A stretch of 63,936 nt of DNA, filler included, from an uncultured Methanosarcinales archaeon (GCA_964608065.1; 10 parts of 10 records of this genome joined end to end with filler, not necessarily neighbours in it), one strand, 5' to 3'. Shown: positions 51,116 through 60,416, numbered from the whole stretch's first letter. Made by a program: numbers and translations. Notes: generated by a model from the letters alone, not told the origin.

Positions 51116-51531
51116 AAATCAATCAGTTTTAAGTTAAATTCATTATTATTTTTTCTTTTTATATCAGAATCTAATTTATGTAACACAATCTCGCAGGTCA
51201 CTCCAACAACAGCTTCCTCTAAATGTCCCCCATATACATCAAAATTTCTATCACTTAATGTTATATGGCAATGAATCAAAGGTTTATCACCAAAAATCGT
51301 AACATTGCCTGTTAAACATGTTATCTCCATAGGTTCATTAAACTCCTTAAATTCATACTTTTTATCTGAAGTACTAAAAAAACCTATTTTAGCTTCCTTA
51401 ACAACTCCAATTCCATTAAAAACAGCATTCTTTATATTTTCCTTCTCACAGAAATCAATCAATGTCTTAATTATTGGTTCATCTTTTCCTATAACCATAA
51501 TATATTTATCATTAACTTTAGTAAACATCAT
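51112..51531 (-). CDS. PPC-domain (DUF296) protein
   Basis: GIG, EITCLTGN, HCHITL, GGHL, TCEI. Confidence 0.88.
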   Translation of the reverse strand: MMFTKVNDKYIMVIGKDEPIIKTLIDFCEKENIKNAVFNGIGVVKEAKIGFFSTSDKKYEFKEFNEPMEITCLTGNVTIFGDKPLIHCHITLSDRNFDVYGGHLEEAVVGVTCEIVLHKLDSDIKRKNNNEFNLKLIDL

Positions 51532-52217
51532 TTTTCTAGAATAACAATATTGCCCCTGCCTTTCTTTATCTTCTTAACTACTCTTTTATTTTCCAGCTCT
51601 GATATTATCAAAGAAATTTTAGCTTCAGACAAATCAAAATTATTCCTTATATCTTTCTGCGTAGTCCTGCCATCCTGCTTTTTTATAAACTCAACAACCT
51701 TATCAGCTATATCTCCTGTTATAGGTGCGTTATTCTTTCCTTTATTCCTTCTGATATAGTAAACAACAGCAGATATCAAACCAATTATTAATATAGCTAC
51801 AACACCATATATAAAAAAATAAGTTATTCTTATCAGCCTGTCTTTTGCGTTTGTTCCAAGAGTTATCTGGCTTGTTTCCTCTATTAGCTGGTCTTCTTCT
51901 TCAAAGCTTGGAAACAATATAAGATCTACTGTATAATCTCCTTCTTCTTTAATAGAAATTTCTTCTGTTACAGAATATTTCAGTTCATTGTATTCATAGT
52001 ATTCTGCTATTATCTCATAATTACCAACTGGAACTTCAAACTCATAATAACCATTCTTCGTGATATAATTCTGTTTTGGTTCTGTATTTACAGTAATGAT
52101 TGTATTTGGTTTTTTGTCTAAATAAACATCATAAATAGTTCCATGTACTTTAGCTGCATAAGCTATATTGAATGTTAGCAATAATACTATTAATGGAATT
52201 AATGGTTTTAGCCCCAT
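51528..52217 (-). CDS. Membrane-anchored protein with C-terminal wHTH
   Basis: Signal, TM, then TTQKDI...LSEAKISLIISELE...KKGRGN. Confidence 0.8.
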   Translation of the reverse strand: MGLKPLIPLIVLLLTFNIAYAAKVHGTIYDVYLDKKPNTIITVNTEPKQNYITKNGYYEFEVPVGNYEIIAEYYEYNELKYSVTEEISIKEEGDYTVDLILFPSFEEEDQLIEETSQITLGTNAKDRLIRITYFFIYGVVAILIIGLISAVVYYIRRNKGKNNAPITGDIADKVVEFIKKQDGRTTQKDIRNNFDLSEAKISLIISELENKRVVKKIKKGRGNIVILEK

Positions 52218-52532
52218 ATTTAGGATTTTGATATGTTACCCTTTAAAAACTTTATTGAAAAAAGGATATATAAAAAGAACAAATAAAGCCATATAACTAA
52301 AAAAAAGAAAGAATAAAGCTTTGTAAAGTTTTAAAAGTCTAAAATAAGCTTTAATTTTTGGAAAAAAAAAGTTTATTTATAAGTAAAATGTATTTTACTG
52401 CCTATGAGTTGGCTAAAAGCTGGCTCTATTGGCTATCTTTACTTGTGTGGGTCTTCCCACACATTTTTTTTTTTTTTTTTTTTTTTAAAAAATACTACAG
52501 TCATATTAAACAAACGATAAAAGGAGGTAAAA

Positions 52533-53455
52533 ATGTTAAAGAAACTATTTAGTTTACTGATTCTAACATTATTTTTGGCGAGTATGGTGTCTGTTTCTTT
52601 TGCAAAGAATGAGCAAACAGGCGTTATGGCAACAAACCAAATATCAGAAGGTCAAAAAGATGGGACAGATGATGAGGAAGTAAATGGCGTTGATGATGAG
52701 CCTGTTGATGAAGAAGCTCCAAAACCAACTTTAATAGCAGAACCTAAAAAACAATTAAAAAACATTGCAAACCAAGGAGTTGCAGCAAACATTAGAGAAC
52801 ATCAAAAAGATAGATTAATGTTAACTATAGAGAAATGCAAAGAGAATGAGATTGATCCTGAAAAATGCGAAGAACAATTAAGAAAAAGATTAGAATTAGT
52901 AAAGAATCTTGCTGAAAAAGACTTACAAATAATAACAAAAATACAAAGTAAAAGAACTGAACAAATACAAAATTTAGTAAAACTAAAAGAGAAAGAAACC
53001 TTTAAAAAATACAGCGAAGAAGGACTCAAAGCAAGAGTTATAGCTGAAGAAACATTAATAGGGGCAAGATTGAATTATGTTAAAGCTAAAGAAAACTACC
53101 AAAACTCTAAGAAAAATTATGTTAGCGCAAAAAACAAGTTTGAAGCATCAAAAGAATCTATAAAAAAATGCAAAGGGGACGATTCTGAAGAATGCATAAA
53201 TCAAAGAAGACTTATTAGAGCTCATTCTAAAGAACACTTAATGAATATCGCTGACTTAATACTAAAAGAGCTTGACAAGATAAAAAACAAGATTGAGTCT
53301 TCTGAGGATTTAGATGAGGAAGAAGCCAGTGAACTTCTAGGGAACATCAATGAAAGGATCACAAAAATCGGAGAAGCTAAAGTAGTTATAGAGAATCTAA
53401 ACAATGAAAGCACACAAGAAGATATAAAAGAAGCTGCTGAACTAGTAAGGGAAAC
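52533..53455 (+). CDS. Secreted coiled-coil protein (truncated)
   Basis: GGAGG RBS, signal peptide. Confidence 0.7.
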
Positions 53456-53555
53456 NNNNNNNNNNNNNNNNNNNNNNNNNNNNNNNNNNNNNNNNNNNNT
53501 TAATTAATTAANNNNNNNNNNNNNNNNNNNNNNNNNNNNNNNNNNNNNNNNNNNN

Positions 53556-53629
53556 ATCCCATTTTCATCAATTTTTTTAATACCCTCAAATCCCTTACTG
53601 GGACCTGATATTATAATTTGATTAGTCAT
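53556..53629 (-). CDS. Possible DinD/BRO-family N-terminus (truncated)
   Basis: MTNQIIISGPSKGFEGIKKIDENG. Confidence 0.45.
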
Positions 53630-53648
53630 AACCTTATTCTATGTTAAA

Positions 53649-53855
53649 TTAATTCGGGGACAGTCCCCCGTCCGCGGGGGCTGCCCCCGTCATCTGCAAT
53701 GATTTTGATTCGAAAAGAGGTTCCTGACAGGTGTTTTTTGCAAAAGAATTTGCTTTGGCATATTCCCGAAGCAATTTTCTTTGGGCGGGGATAGAATACC
53801 CCTCCTGTTTTTGTTCCTTAGAAGAAACACGGACATAGAGGATAGATTTTTGCAT
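53649..53855 (-). pseudogene. Truncated serine recombinase
   Basis: LYVRVSSKEQ..EGYSIPAQ catalytic N-terminus, then unrelated tail. Confidence 0.8.
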
Positions 53856-53856
53856 G

Positions 53857-54171
53857 TTATTTTTTAAAATAATTTAATTCTCTTAGTCTTCTGTCGGCTG
53901 TTTCTATTTCTTCATCACTAAATAATTTTTTGTATTTTTCTTTATTATCTATTATTAATGCCTCAACTGTTAAATCCAATCTGTCTAATTCGTATAATTC
54001 AGTAAAGCCACTCGAAGTATCATCTTTCGCAAGTAATTTTTTAGCCGTCCCAAGTCCGCCAAAATCATCAAGCATTTTTCTAAAATATCCCGGGTTATAT
54101 TTTGTCTCAGTTATAGTATTAGAATATATTCCCCACATATCCCTGTTGAATTGTAATTCCAATTTTTCCAT
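53857..54171 (-). CDS. Hypothetical protein of a kind often seen beside nucleases/defence genes
   Basis: F..ML...GG..TAKKLL...GF..L....RLDLTVEAL...LF..EEI..A..RL pattern (recalled, not searched). Confidence 0.6.
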   Translation of the reverse strand: MEKLELQFNRDMWGIYSNTITETKYNPGYFRKMLDDFGGLGTAKKLLAKDDTSSGFTELYELDRLDLTVEALIIDNKEKYKKLFSDEEIETADRRLRELNYFKK

Positions 54172-54181
54172 AAATTTTTAT

Positions 54182-55111
54182 TTAGTCTTTTATTATTTCT
54201 TGGAAGGCTTTCTTATAAACTAAATATTTAGGATTTACCGAATAAAGAAAACTGATTTTACCAGCCAAACTCTTTAAATATTTTTCTTTATCAATATTAA
54301 TATCATGTTCATTAAGAAAACCATCAACACCGAATTTTTTGCACAAGTATAGTTCTTTTCTTACTTTTTCTCTTATATTTTTATCCGCGTTCGGCTGATA
54401 ATTTATAATAAGCCCGGTACAAACTTGTCTTTGTTTATTGTCAGTAAATTCGGTTTTAATTTCGTTTAATTTGAATCCTGACTGCTGAAAAATTTTATAA
54501 ATAATATTTTTAAATTTTTTAATTGAGTGGCTACCAGATACAGTTAGATCATCTATCCAAAATGAATGCTTAAGTCCATAACGTTTTAATAGTTTGGTCA
54601 GCCGCATGTCCACTTCAAACAAAATTAATCCTGAAACTTTTGGACTTGTCCCAAATCCTTGAGGCAAATAAAAATCAGCTGTGGTAAGTCTGGTTAAAAG
54701 TCGAGATACATCTGGGCTACATTTTAAAAATCGGTAAACTTTATAAACTACATGATAATCTATGCTAGGGAAAAAATTTGCTATATCGAAATTAGCTACA
54801 TATTTTCTGCCGGAATGAATTGAGGCATTAGTAATAATAGATTTCCCGACTATTCCGCCTTGGATACTATTGGGATATTCAATACAGTCAAGCAATCTGT
54901 TAATTTTTTTATGGACTGTTTTTAAATTATTATTACAATTAAAAAACTTCCTTATTTTTTCCGTTCCATCCTTTTTTATAAATTTTTTATCAAATGTACG
55001 ATAGCTATTATCAATTTGCTCAGAAAGTTTTTCTAGGAAATCAGCCGGCAATTTTAATTGTAACGCCAGTTCGTTTATAGTATTGATATTTATAAACTGG
55101 CGTTTTTTCAT
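54182..55111 (-). CDS. Retron-type reverse transcriptase
   Basis: NASIH (region X NAxxH), DIANFFPSI, LPQGFGTSP, WIDD (YxDD position), VCTG (region Y). Confidence 0.9.
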   Translation of the reverse strand: MKKRQFININTINELALQLKLPADFLEKLSEQIDNSYRTFDKKFIKKDGTEKIRKFFNCNNNLKTVHKKINRLLDCIEYPNSIQGGIVGKSIITNASIHSGRKYVANFDIANFFPSIDYHVVYKVYRFLKCSPDVSRLLTRLTTADFYLPQGFGTSPKVSGLILFEVDMRLTKLLKRYGLKHSFWIDDLTVSGSHSIKKFKNIIYKIFQQSGFKLNEIKTEFTDNKQRQVCTGLIINYQPNADKNIREKVRKELYLCKKFGVDGFLNEHDINIDKEKYLKSLAGKISFLYSVNPKYLVYKKAFQEIIKD

Positions 55112-55455
55112 TTTTTGAGTTTTAATTTCAGCGTTCGTTCAGCAAATAAATTATGGGCTTTATCCACCATCTTATCTATCTGTTTTCTTATTTCTTTTTC
55201 TTCTTTTGTTTTTCCTTTTGGTAAATCTATCTTTTCCCAAATCAAAAGTACCAGCGGAATATTTAATAATTTAGCTATATTTTTGAGAAAATTAATACTA
55301 GGGTCCTTTTTATCATTTTCAACCAATGATATGTAATTTTTACTCACATCAAGCTTTTTGGCCAAATCATCTTGGCTCATCTTATGATTGACCCGGCCAA
55401 ACCTAATTAATGGTCCAATTGTAAGCATAATCTTTTTTAATTTTTTATATCCCAA
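55108..55455 (-). CDS. XRE/Cro-CI HTH protein
   Basis: MSQDDLAKKLDVSKNYISLVENDKKDPS; ATGA overlap with RT. Confidence 0.9.
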   Translation of the reverse strand: MGYKKLKKIMLTIGPLIRFGRVNHKMSQDDLAKKLDVSKNYISLVENDKKDPSINFLKNIAKLLNIPLVLLIWEKIDLPKGKTKEEKEIRKQIDKMVDKAHNLFAERTLKLKLKK

Positions 55456-55726
55456 TTGCCAATAATGGCATTAATTTATAACGGAAAAGCCACTTGCTGA
55501 TAATTTCTTTAATGATACTAATCACTACAACCGTTGTCTCCTTTACAAAATTAACACTGACTTTACTTTCTTTTAACAAAGAAAGTATTTGATTGTTAAT
55601 CTTTAAAGCCTCAGCAAGCAGGCCGAGAGCCTGACGATTTTTAATCTTCAACTTGGTTATTTTAAGTAATAACTTGTTAAAATTAATCAACAGGGTCATC
55701 ACTCTTTGTTTGTTTGTATATTTCAT
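55445..55726 (-). CDS. Small basic amphipathic protein, candidate retron effector
   Basis: AAAGGA RBS; overlaps HTH start; K/L/I-rich helices. Confidence 0.65.
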   Translation of the reverse strand: MKYTNKQRVMTLLINFNKLLLKITKLKIKNRQALGLLAEALKINNQILSLLKESKVSVNFVKETTVVVISIIKEIISKWLFRYKLMPLLAIGI

Positions 55727-55757
55727 ATGGTTTCCTTTAGTTAATATTTCTGATTAC

Positions 55758-55854
55758 AACGATTCGGCATCTTCTTTTATCGCAAGCCAACTACCAGCTC
55801 TCGGCTCTTTGGGGGTAAATTGGCCTGCGACTTAATTAAAGCGACAGAACCGTT
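55758..55854 (-). ncRNA. Structured leader, candidate retron msr/msd RNA
   Basis: Nested stems AACGGUUC/GAAUCGUU, UCGCAGGCCAAU/GUUGGCUUGCGA, UACC/GGUA, AGC/GCU; G-U pairs favour the minus strand. Confidence 0.65.
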
Positions 55855-56291
55855 AAACCTACGCAAATTAGTATAGTTATTGCTTATAGATTGTTTTACC
55901 TGTATCCAACATATTTTATTTGTAAAATATAATTTATAACTATTAAGCAATTAATGTTAGTGCTTAAATAATGTCAATTACAAACATTCAAATATATGCC
56001 GGGGCAAAATACCTTCTCTAACGAGAAGTAAGAGAAAAAAATCTCTTTTCAATCGGAGGGAAAATCCCTGTGAGAACTTGGGCTTACTCATTTTAGAGTG
56101 ATGTACTCTCTTATATTTACTTTCAAAGAGCTTAGAGGATGAATCATCCTCGCTTACTAACCTAGCATATATTAAAAATAAGTCAACATAGTTTGACTTA
56201 TAGTTATACACAGATATAAATTAATATGTTGCCACAGTTACTTTACTGTTGGGCTTTGACAAGTATTTTGTTTCTCTTAATCTTTCTTTTA

Positions 56292-57395
56292 TTATTCGTT
56301 TTGTATTAATCCGATATTAGCATAATTTCCTAAAGTAACCCAAGTTGGTTTACCAATTTTGCAAATTGTTCCTTTTTTCACTGTACCGTATATATTTGTC
56401 TGATCTTTGACAAGTTTAGTTATCGCAAGCCCACCAGAATTACCACTATCTATAATTGCTGTAGTAAAATAGGCCTCTAGAATATCACGACCCAAGTCAT
56501 CTTTTTCTCTCCCCGTATTACCGCTTATAATGCCATCCGTAATCGTTAATCTAGCAATATTGTTTACAACAGCATAACTGGGATATCCAAAAATATAAAC
56601 ATTCATACCGGTTTCCTTAAAGAGACAACCAGAAGTAATATTGTCTTGTACTCTTTTTTCTAAATCAGAACTACCATTAATTACTTGTTCTATATATAAA
56701 AATGCCGTGTCTATATTTCGTTCAGGCTCAAAGCCAAACCAAGCCAAGCTAGTCGCATATGTAGATTCAAATCCTGTTTTTTCAGACAAACCTACATAAG
56801 GTAAAGATACCGTACAGTTAATAGGAGGTGGATCAGTATGAATAGGGACAGAATCAAATATTATATGGGCATTTGTGGCTACCATATATTTACCCGAAAC
56901 TCCAGAAGATAATACTCCTGAGCCCGTTTGAGTATAATTATCAAAATAACATTTTACATAAACTATTTTTTGTGATATTTTAGCAACTTCTTCACTTGTA
57001 AGTTGATCGTGCGAATTAATTGTTTCTTTCTGAATTATAACAGGTGGCTTTTCCTTAAGTGCCTCTATCTCTTTTTTTAATTCTTCTATTAATTCTTCTG
57101 TAGAAGTTGCTTTAGTTTCGGGAGTAGAGGTTGCTTCAGTTAATCCCTTATTAGTTTCTTGTCCAGATTTAAAAAGAATAGAAGAAATATTATTTAATGC
57201 AGATTTAATTTCTCCTTTGTATTTGATTATTCCAATAGTAGCAACGACAGAAATAGAAATAAGTAAAATAATCACAATGAGAATTGGAATTTGAATAAAA
57301 CATTTTTGTTTAATTTTTTCTTCCATAAATTTATTCAATTTGAGCGCCAGTAATATAAGAATCTCTATCAAATTGATTAATTTCGTATACGGCAT
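56292..57395 (-). CDS. Trypsin-like serine protease, membrane anchored
   Basis: GSG, TNAHI, GYP, DSGNSGG. Confidence 0.85.
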   Translation of the reverse strand: MPYTKLINLIEILILLALKLNKFMEEKIKQKCFIQIPILIVIILLISISVVATIGIIKYKGEIKSALNNISSILFKSGQETNKGLTEATSTPETKATSTEELIEELKKEIEALKEKPPVIIQKETINSHDQLTSEEVAKISQKIVYVKCYFDNYTQTGSGVLSSGVSGKYMVATNAHIIFDSVPIHTDPPPINCTVSLPYVGLSEKTGFESTYATSLAWFGFEPERNIDTAFLYIEQVINGSSDLEKRVQDNITSGCLFKETGMNVYIFGYPSYAVVNNIARLTITDGIISGNTGREKDDLGRDILEAYFTTAIIDSGNSGGLAITKLVKDQTNIYGTVKKGTICKIGKPTWVTLGNYANIGLIQNE

Positions 57396-58890
57396 CTAAA
57401 TCCCATCCATTTCTATTTAAGGCCTCTATTGTTTTTATATATCTTTTTTCTCCAGTATCTCCTTGAGGATATAATTTATAAATTTTATCATCTCCTACAG
57501 CTCTTACTAATTCTGATGTAGTAAAAGAATCTATTACTGATTGCTCAATGTCCATAATGTCTTCCCATTTTAAATGTCCGTAATTATTAAATACAGATGG
57601 ACTAAGTACAAGTCGCTTAAATTTTTTATCACCAACATATTTCACAATATAAACATCTATACCATTTTTGGCACGAATAATAGCTCCTTCTGGAATCGAT
57701 TCTGGACCGTAGTGATAAATCCAATTCGCAACTTCAGAGTATCCATACTCAAAATCATCATCACAAGTCCAAGTATAAGGGTCCATCAGATCTGATTCAG
57801 CAAAAACTTGTATGTAATAATCACCGTATCCTTCGTCTAGTTTTATGGTACTTCTTAATGGCTTACCAATTGCACCATCCAACTTACCTGAGTATTCACT
57901 ATCATAAGGGTTTAAAGGTATTTCTTTCCCTATATGATACCAATAAACTGGTGTTTGAAGGTTGTCTATGGGACAATTTACAGGACGGATATATTCTGAT
58001 GCTGGTACACCATCTAATTCGATATATAAATAATTATAATCGTTAGTTTTGTTTAAATCTAATTCATCTTCTGAATATATTAGCGTATCACCCTCTTGAG
58101 ACATACTTTCAAATGGATATATATGTAGTTTAGCTTTAGACATATCTACAATTTGAAATTTACTAGTATCAATATCTATTGGCGTCAAGGTGTTGGGCTC
58201 TATACTCTTTATAGTTTGTTCATATTGATTCCCAAGTAAATTTGTTAACCAGTTTTTCAAATAATCGATATTGAGGATATAGCTTATATTGTTTAGTTTT
58301 CCTTTAATTACTGCCGTAGGAATGCCGATAAATTTTCCTATAGAATTATAAGCAGCACCGCCCGAATTACCTTGTTCTAACGGAGTTGTAGTTTTTATAT
58401 ACTCATCTAAATAACCGCTCATAATTCCCGAAGTATATGTTAGCGTCGCTCCGCCAATCGAGGGAAATCCTATGGCTTCTATTTTTTCACCCAAGGACAA
58501 GGAGCCGGTAGAATCTGAGAATATATCAATATATGGAAATACATAATCATTCTTATTGTCCATGTACACTATAGCTGCGTCGTAGGTGGTAGAATAATAT
58601 TTTGTTTCTGCCACATAATCAAAACTTGGTTTATCAGATATCGAAGAAATAGTGCCAACAGCACATTTAGAAATAATATTGTTATATTTGTCAGTAACAA
58701 CATGTTTATTGGTCAATATTATTCCCTTAGGATCAATTATTGTTCCTGATCCCATAAACCAATTACCATAATCATCGGGACAAATTAATTGAACTTCAGC
58801 GTTAATTTGACTCTGCGTAACTGCATTGATAGAAGCAAGTGGAATTAATCCTAAAATAATTAAGAATGATAAAATTATAATTTTTTTCAT
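57331..58890 (-). CDS. Secreted trypsin-like serine protease with CPR-type C-terminal domain
   Basis: GSGTII, TNKHVV, GNSGG; tail IPEGAIIRA...KFKRLVLSPSVFNNYGHLKWED. Confidence 0.88.
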   Translation of the reverse strand: MKKIIILSFLIILGLIPLASINAVTQSQINAEVQLICPDDYGNWFMGSGTIIDPKGIILTNKHVVTDKYNNIISKCAVGTISSISDKPSFDYVAETKYYSTTYDAAIVYMDNKNDYVFPYIDIFSDSTGSLSLGEKIEAIGFPSIGGATLTYTSGIMSGYLDEYIKTTTPLEQGNSGGAAYNSIGKFIGIPTAVIKGKLNNISYILNIDYLKNWLTNLLGNQYEQTIKSIEPNTLTPIDIDTSKFQIVDMSKAKLHIYPFESMSQEGDTLIYSEDELDLNKTNDYNYLYIELDGVPASEYIRPVNCPIDNLQTPVYWYHIGKEIPLNPYDSEYSGKLDGAIGKPLRSTIKLDEGYGDYYIQVFAESDLMDPYTWTCDDDFEYGYSEVANWIYHYGPESIPEGAIIRAKNGIDVYIVKYVGDKKFKRLVLSPSVFNNYGHLKWEDIMDIEQSVIDSFTTSELVRAVGDDKIYKLYPQGDTGEKRYIKTIEALNRNGWDLDAVYEINQFDRDSYITGAQIE

Positions 58891-59108
58891 ATCATTTGCT
58901 CCTTTTGTTTTTTTGAATACTTCTCTAAATCTTTTATATATTTTATTTTTTGATTATTCAGAACAAATTCAAGCTGAACCAGGATTATAGTTAGAGCGAC
59001 AATAACCGCAAATTCAAAGCCCTTGATTAAATAAGATAAAACCATTATGCCAATCATACCAACAGCTGGAGCATAACGATGATATAGTATTCCTTTGTTG
59101 TTTTTCAT
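58887..59108 (-). CDS. Small membrane protein
   Basis: Two TM segments; AAGGA RBS. Confidence 0.6.
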   Translation of the reverse strand: MKNNKGILYHRYAPAVGMIGIMVLSYLIKGFEFAVIVALTIILVQLEFVLNNQKIKYIKDLEKYSKKQKEQMI

Positions 59109-59156
59109 ATTATTTATCCTTTTTATTTAAAAACTTTTTTGATTTTCTACTTTTAT

Positions 59157-59184
59157 ATTATAACAAAAAATTATCGATAGTCAA
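59157..59184 (-). promoter_or_regulatory. Bacterial sigma70-type promoter
   Basis: TTGACT-16-TATAAT with extended -10 TGn. Confidence 0.6.
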
Positions 59185-59196
59185 GAATAGAGCACG

Positions 59197-59436
59197 CTAC
59201 CACTCGCAAACCCTCTTGTCGTTGTCTCCGTCTAAGCCGTGGACATCATCGCCGGTTTTGAGCAGACAGCAGTCGTAAATCATTTGCGCCTCTTTATTGG
59301 ATTGAAAATCCGCGCAATTGTATTGGTCGGTTTCGCAATAGCAATCCTGTTTTGCTTTTATGTTTTCTTGATTTGATATTAAATGATAACTAACCGCCAA
59401 AATCAAAAGAACGAATAAAAATATTATTTTATACAT
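59197..59436 (-). CDS. Excalibur-like calcium-binding secreted protein
   Basis: YNCADF...EAQ...DVHGLDGDNDKRVCE. Confidence 0.8.
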   Translation of the reverse strand: MYKIIFLFVLLILAVSYHLISNQENIKAKQDCYCETDQYNCADFQSNKEAQMIYDCCLLKTGDDVHGLDGDNDKRVCEW

Positions 59437-59455
59437 AAGTTAAATTTAAGAAAAC

Positions 59456-59562
59456 AAAAAGCCCGCCGCCAGCGATAGTCCGAAGACCATCCACACCCCT
59501 TTCGAGGCATGACCCAATACAGGTACTCGACGACGAGCTCTTTATCCTGTATTGGGCTTTTG
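59456..59562 (-). ncRNA. Structured 5' leader RNA (unassigned family)
   Basis: 12-bp stem, GAAA and cUUCGg tetraloop hairpins, loop-to-3' pairing, U-tract. Confidence 0.65.
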
Positions 59563-59625
59563 CGCCATATCTCTGAATAGAGACTTAGGCACCGACAAAA
59601 TTGTCTATTTAATTTTTATGTTTGT

Positions 59626-59654
59626 ATTATATCAATTATCCGCGGGAAAATCAA
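59626..59654 (-). promoter_or_regulatory. Bacterial sigma70-type promoter upstream of leader RNA
   Basis: TTGATT-17-TATAAT with extended -10 TGn. Confidence 0.65.
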
Positions 59655-59994
59655 TTACCCCAACCGCCAGGACTAATCAATTAAAAAACCCGCGTGGGAG
59701 CGGGGTTATGGGGATAGGTGAAGCGTTTCTTCAGGAACTGCTGCCAAGCAAAGTNNNNNNNNNNNNNNNNNNNNNNNNNNNNNNNNNNNNNNNNNNNNTT
59801 AATTAATTAANNNNNNNNNNNNNNNNNNNNNNNNNNNNNNNNNNNNNNNNNNNNTGTTTTCACCTTTATAATATTTTTTGTTTTTCATAATAAAAGGTGT
59901 TTGCAAGCAACCCTAAGCGACCTGCAAACACCATTTAGTTGAGGCATGAATATAAACAGCCTTAGGATAAAAGAGGTTCTAAACCCAAGGCTGT

Positions 59995-60210
59995 TTATGT
60001 TTTAATCTTTTTATTCAATTCTTTCAATAAATTATTAATATCAATACCATGACCTTGAGCAGCTTGTTCTAATGTTTCCCATGTAGCAATATGGCATCCT
60101 ACACAATGCATTCCATTTTCCAGCATTGTTTCAACAACTTCAGGATGTTTTTTGACAACATCTCCGACCAACATATTTTTTGTTATTGTTTTTTGTTTCA
60201 TTGATTTCAC
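59995..60210 (-). CDS. DUF1858 domain protein
   Basis: ITKNMLVGDVV..HPE...GMHCVGC...ETLEQAAQGHGID. Confidence 0.9.
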   Translation of the reverse strand: MKSMKQKTITKNMLVGDVVKKHPEVVETMLENGMHCVGCHIATWETLEQAAQGHGIDINNLLKELNKKIKT

Positions 60211-60416
60211 CTCTTAGTCTTCTTCTTATTGCCTATAATCCACTTATACGTACTCCAGAATATTATAGCAAAAACAAATGCTACTAAAATCCACCATAAA
60301 ATTCCATAAAACCCCATTCCACTACCCATCATTCCGTAACCACACTCTGATCCGTTGTCTGCTAAAACAGAAGGTATCATCAATGTTGCTATCAAAGATA
60401 TAATTGTTTTTCTCAT
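60207..60416 (-). CDS. Small membrane protein
   Basis: Signal, GYGMMG, TM. Confidence 0.7.
   Translation of the reverse strand: MRKTIISLIATLMIPSVLADNGSECGYGMMGSGMGFYGILWWILVAFVFAIIFWSTYKWIIGNKKKTKR

Noticed and set aside
43854..55111. DGR made of the Avd-like four-helix bundle and the RT
   Set aside because: Different contigs and probably different organisms; the RT has retron motifs; I saw no TR/VR pair with adenine-specific mismatches
6762..59854. Recurring TTAATTAATTAA in N-runs as a biological repeat, and gene neighbourhoods across them
   Set aside because: Artificial linkers between length-sorted contigs; ORFs crossing them are artefacts
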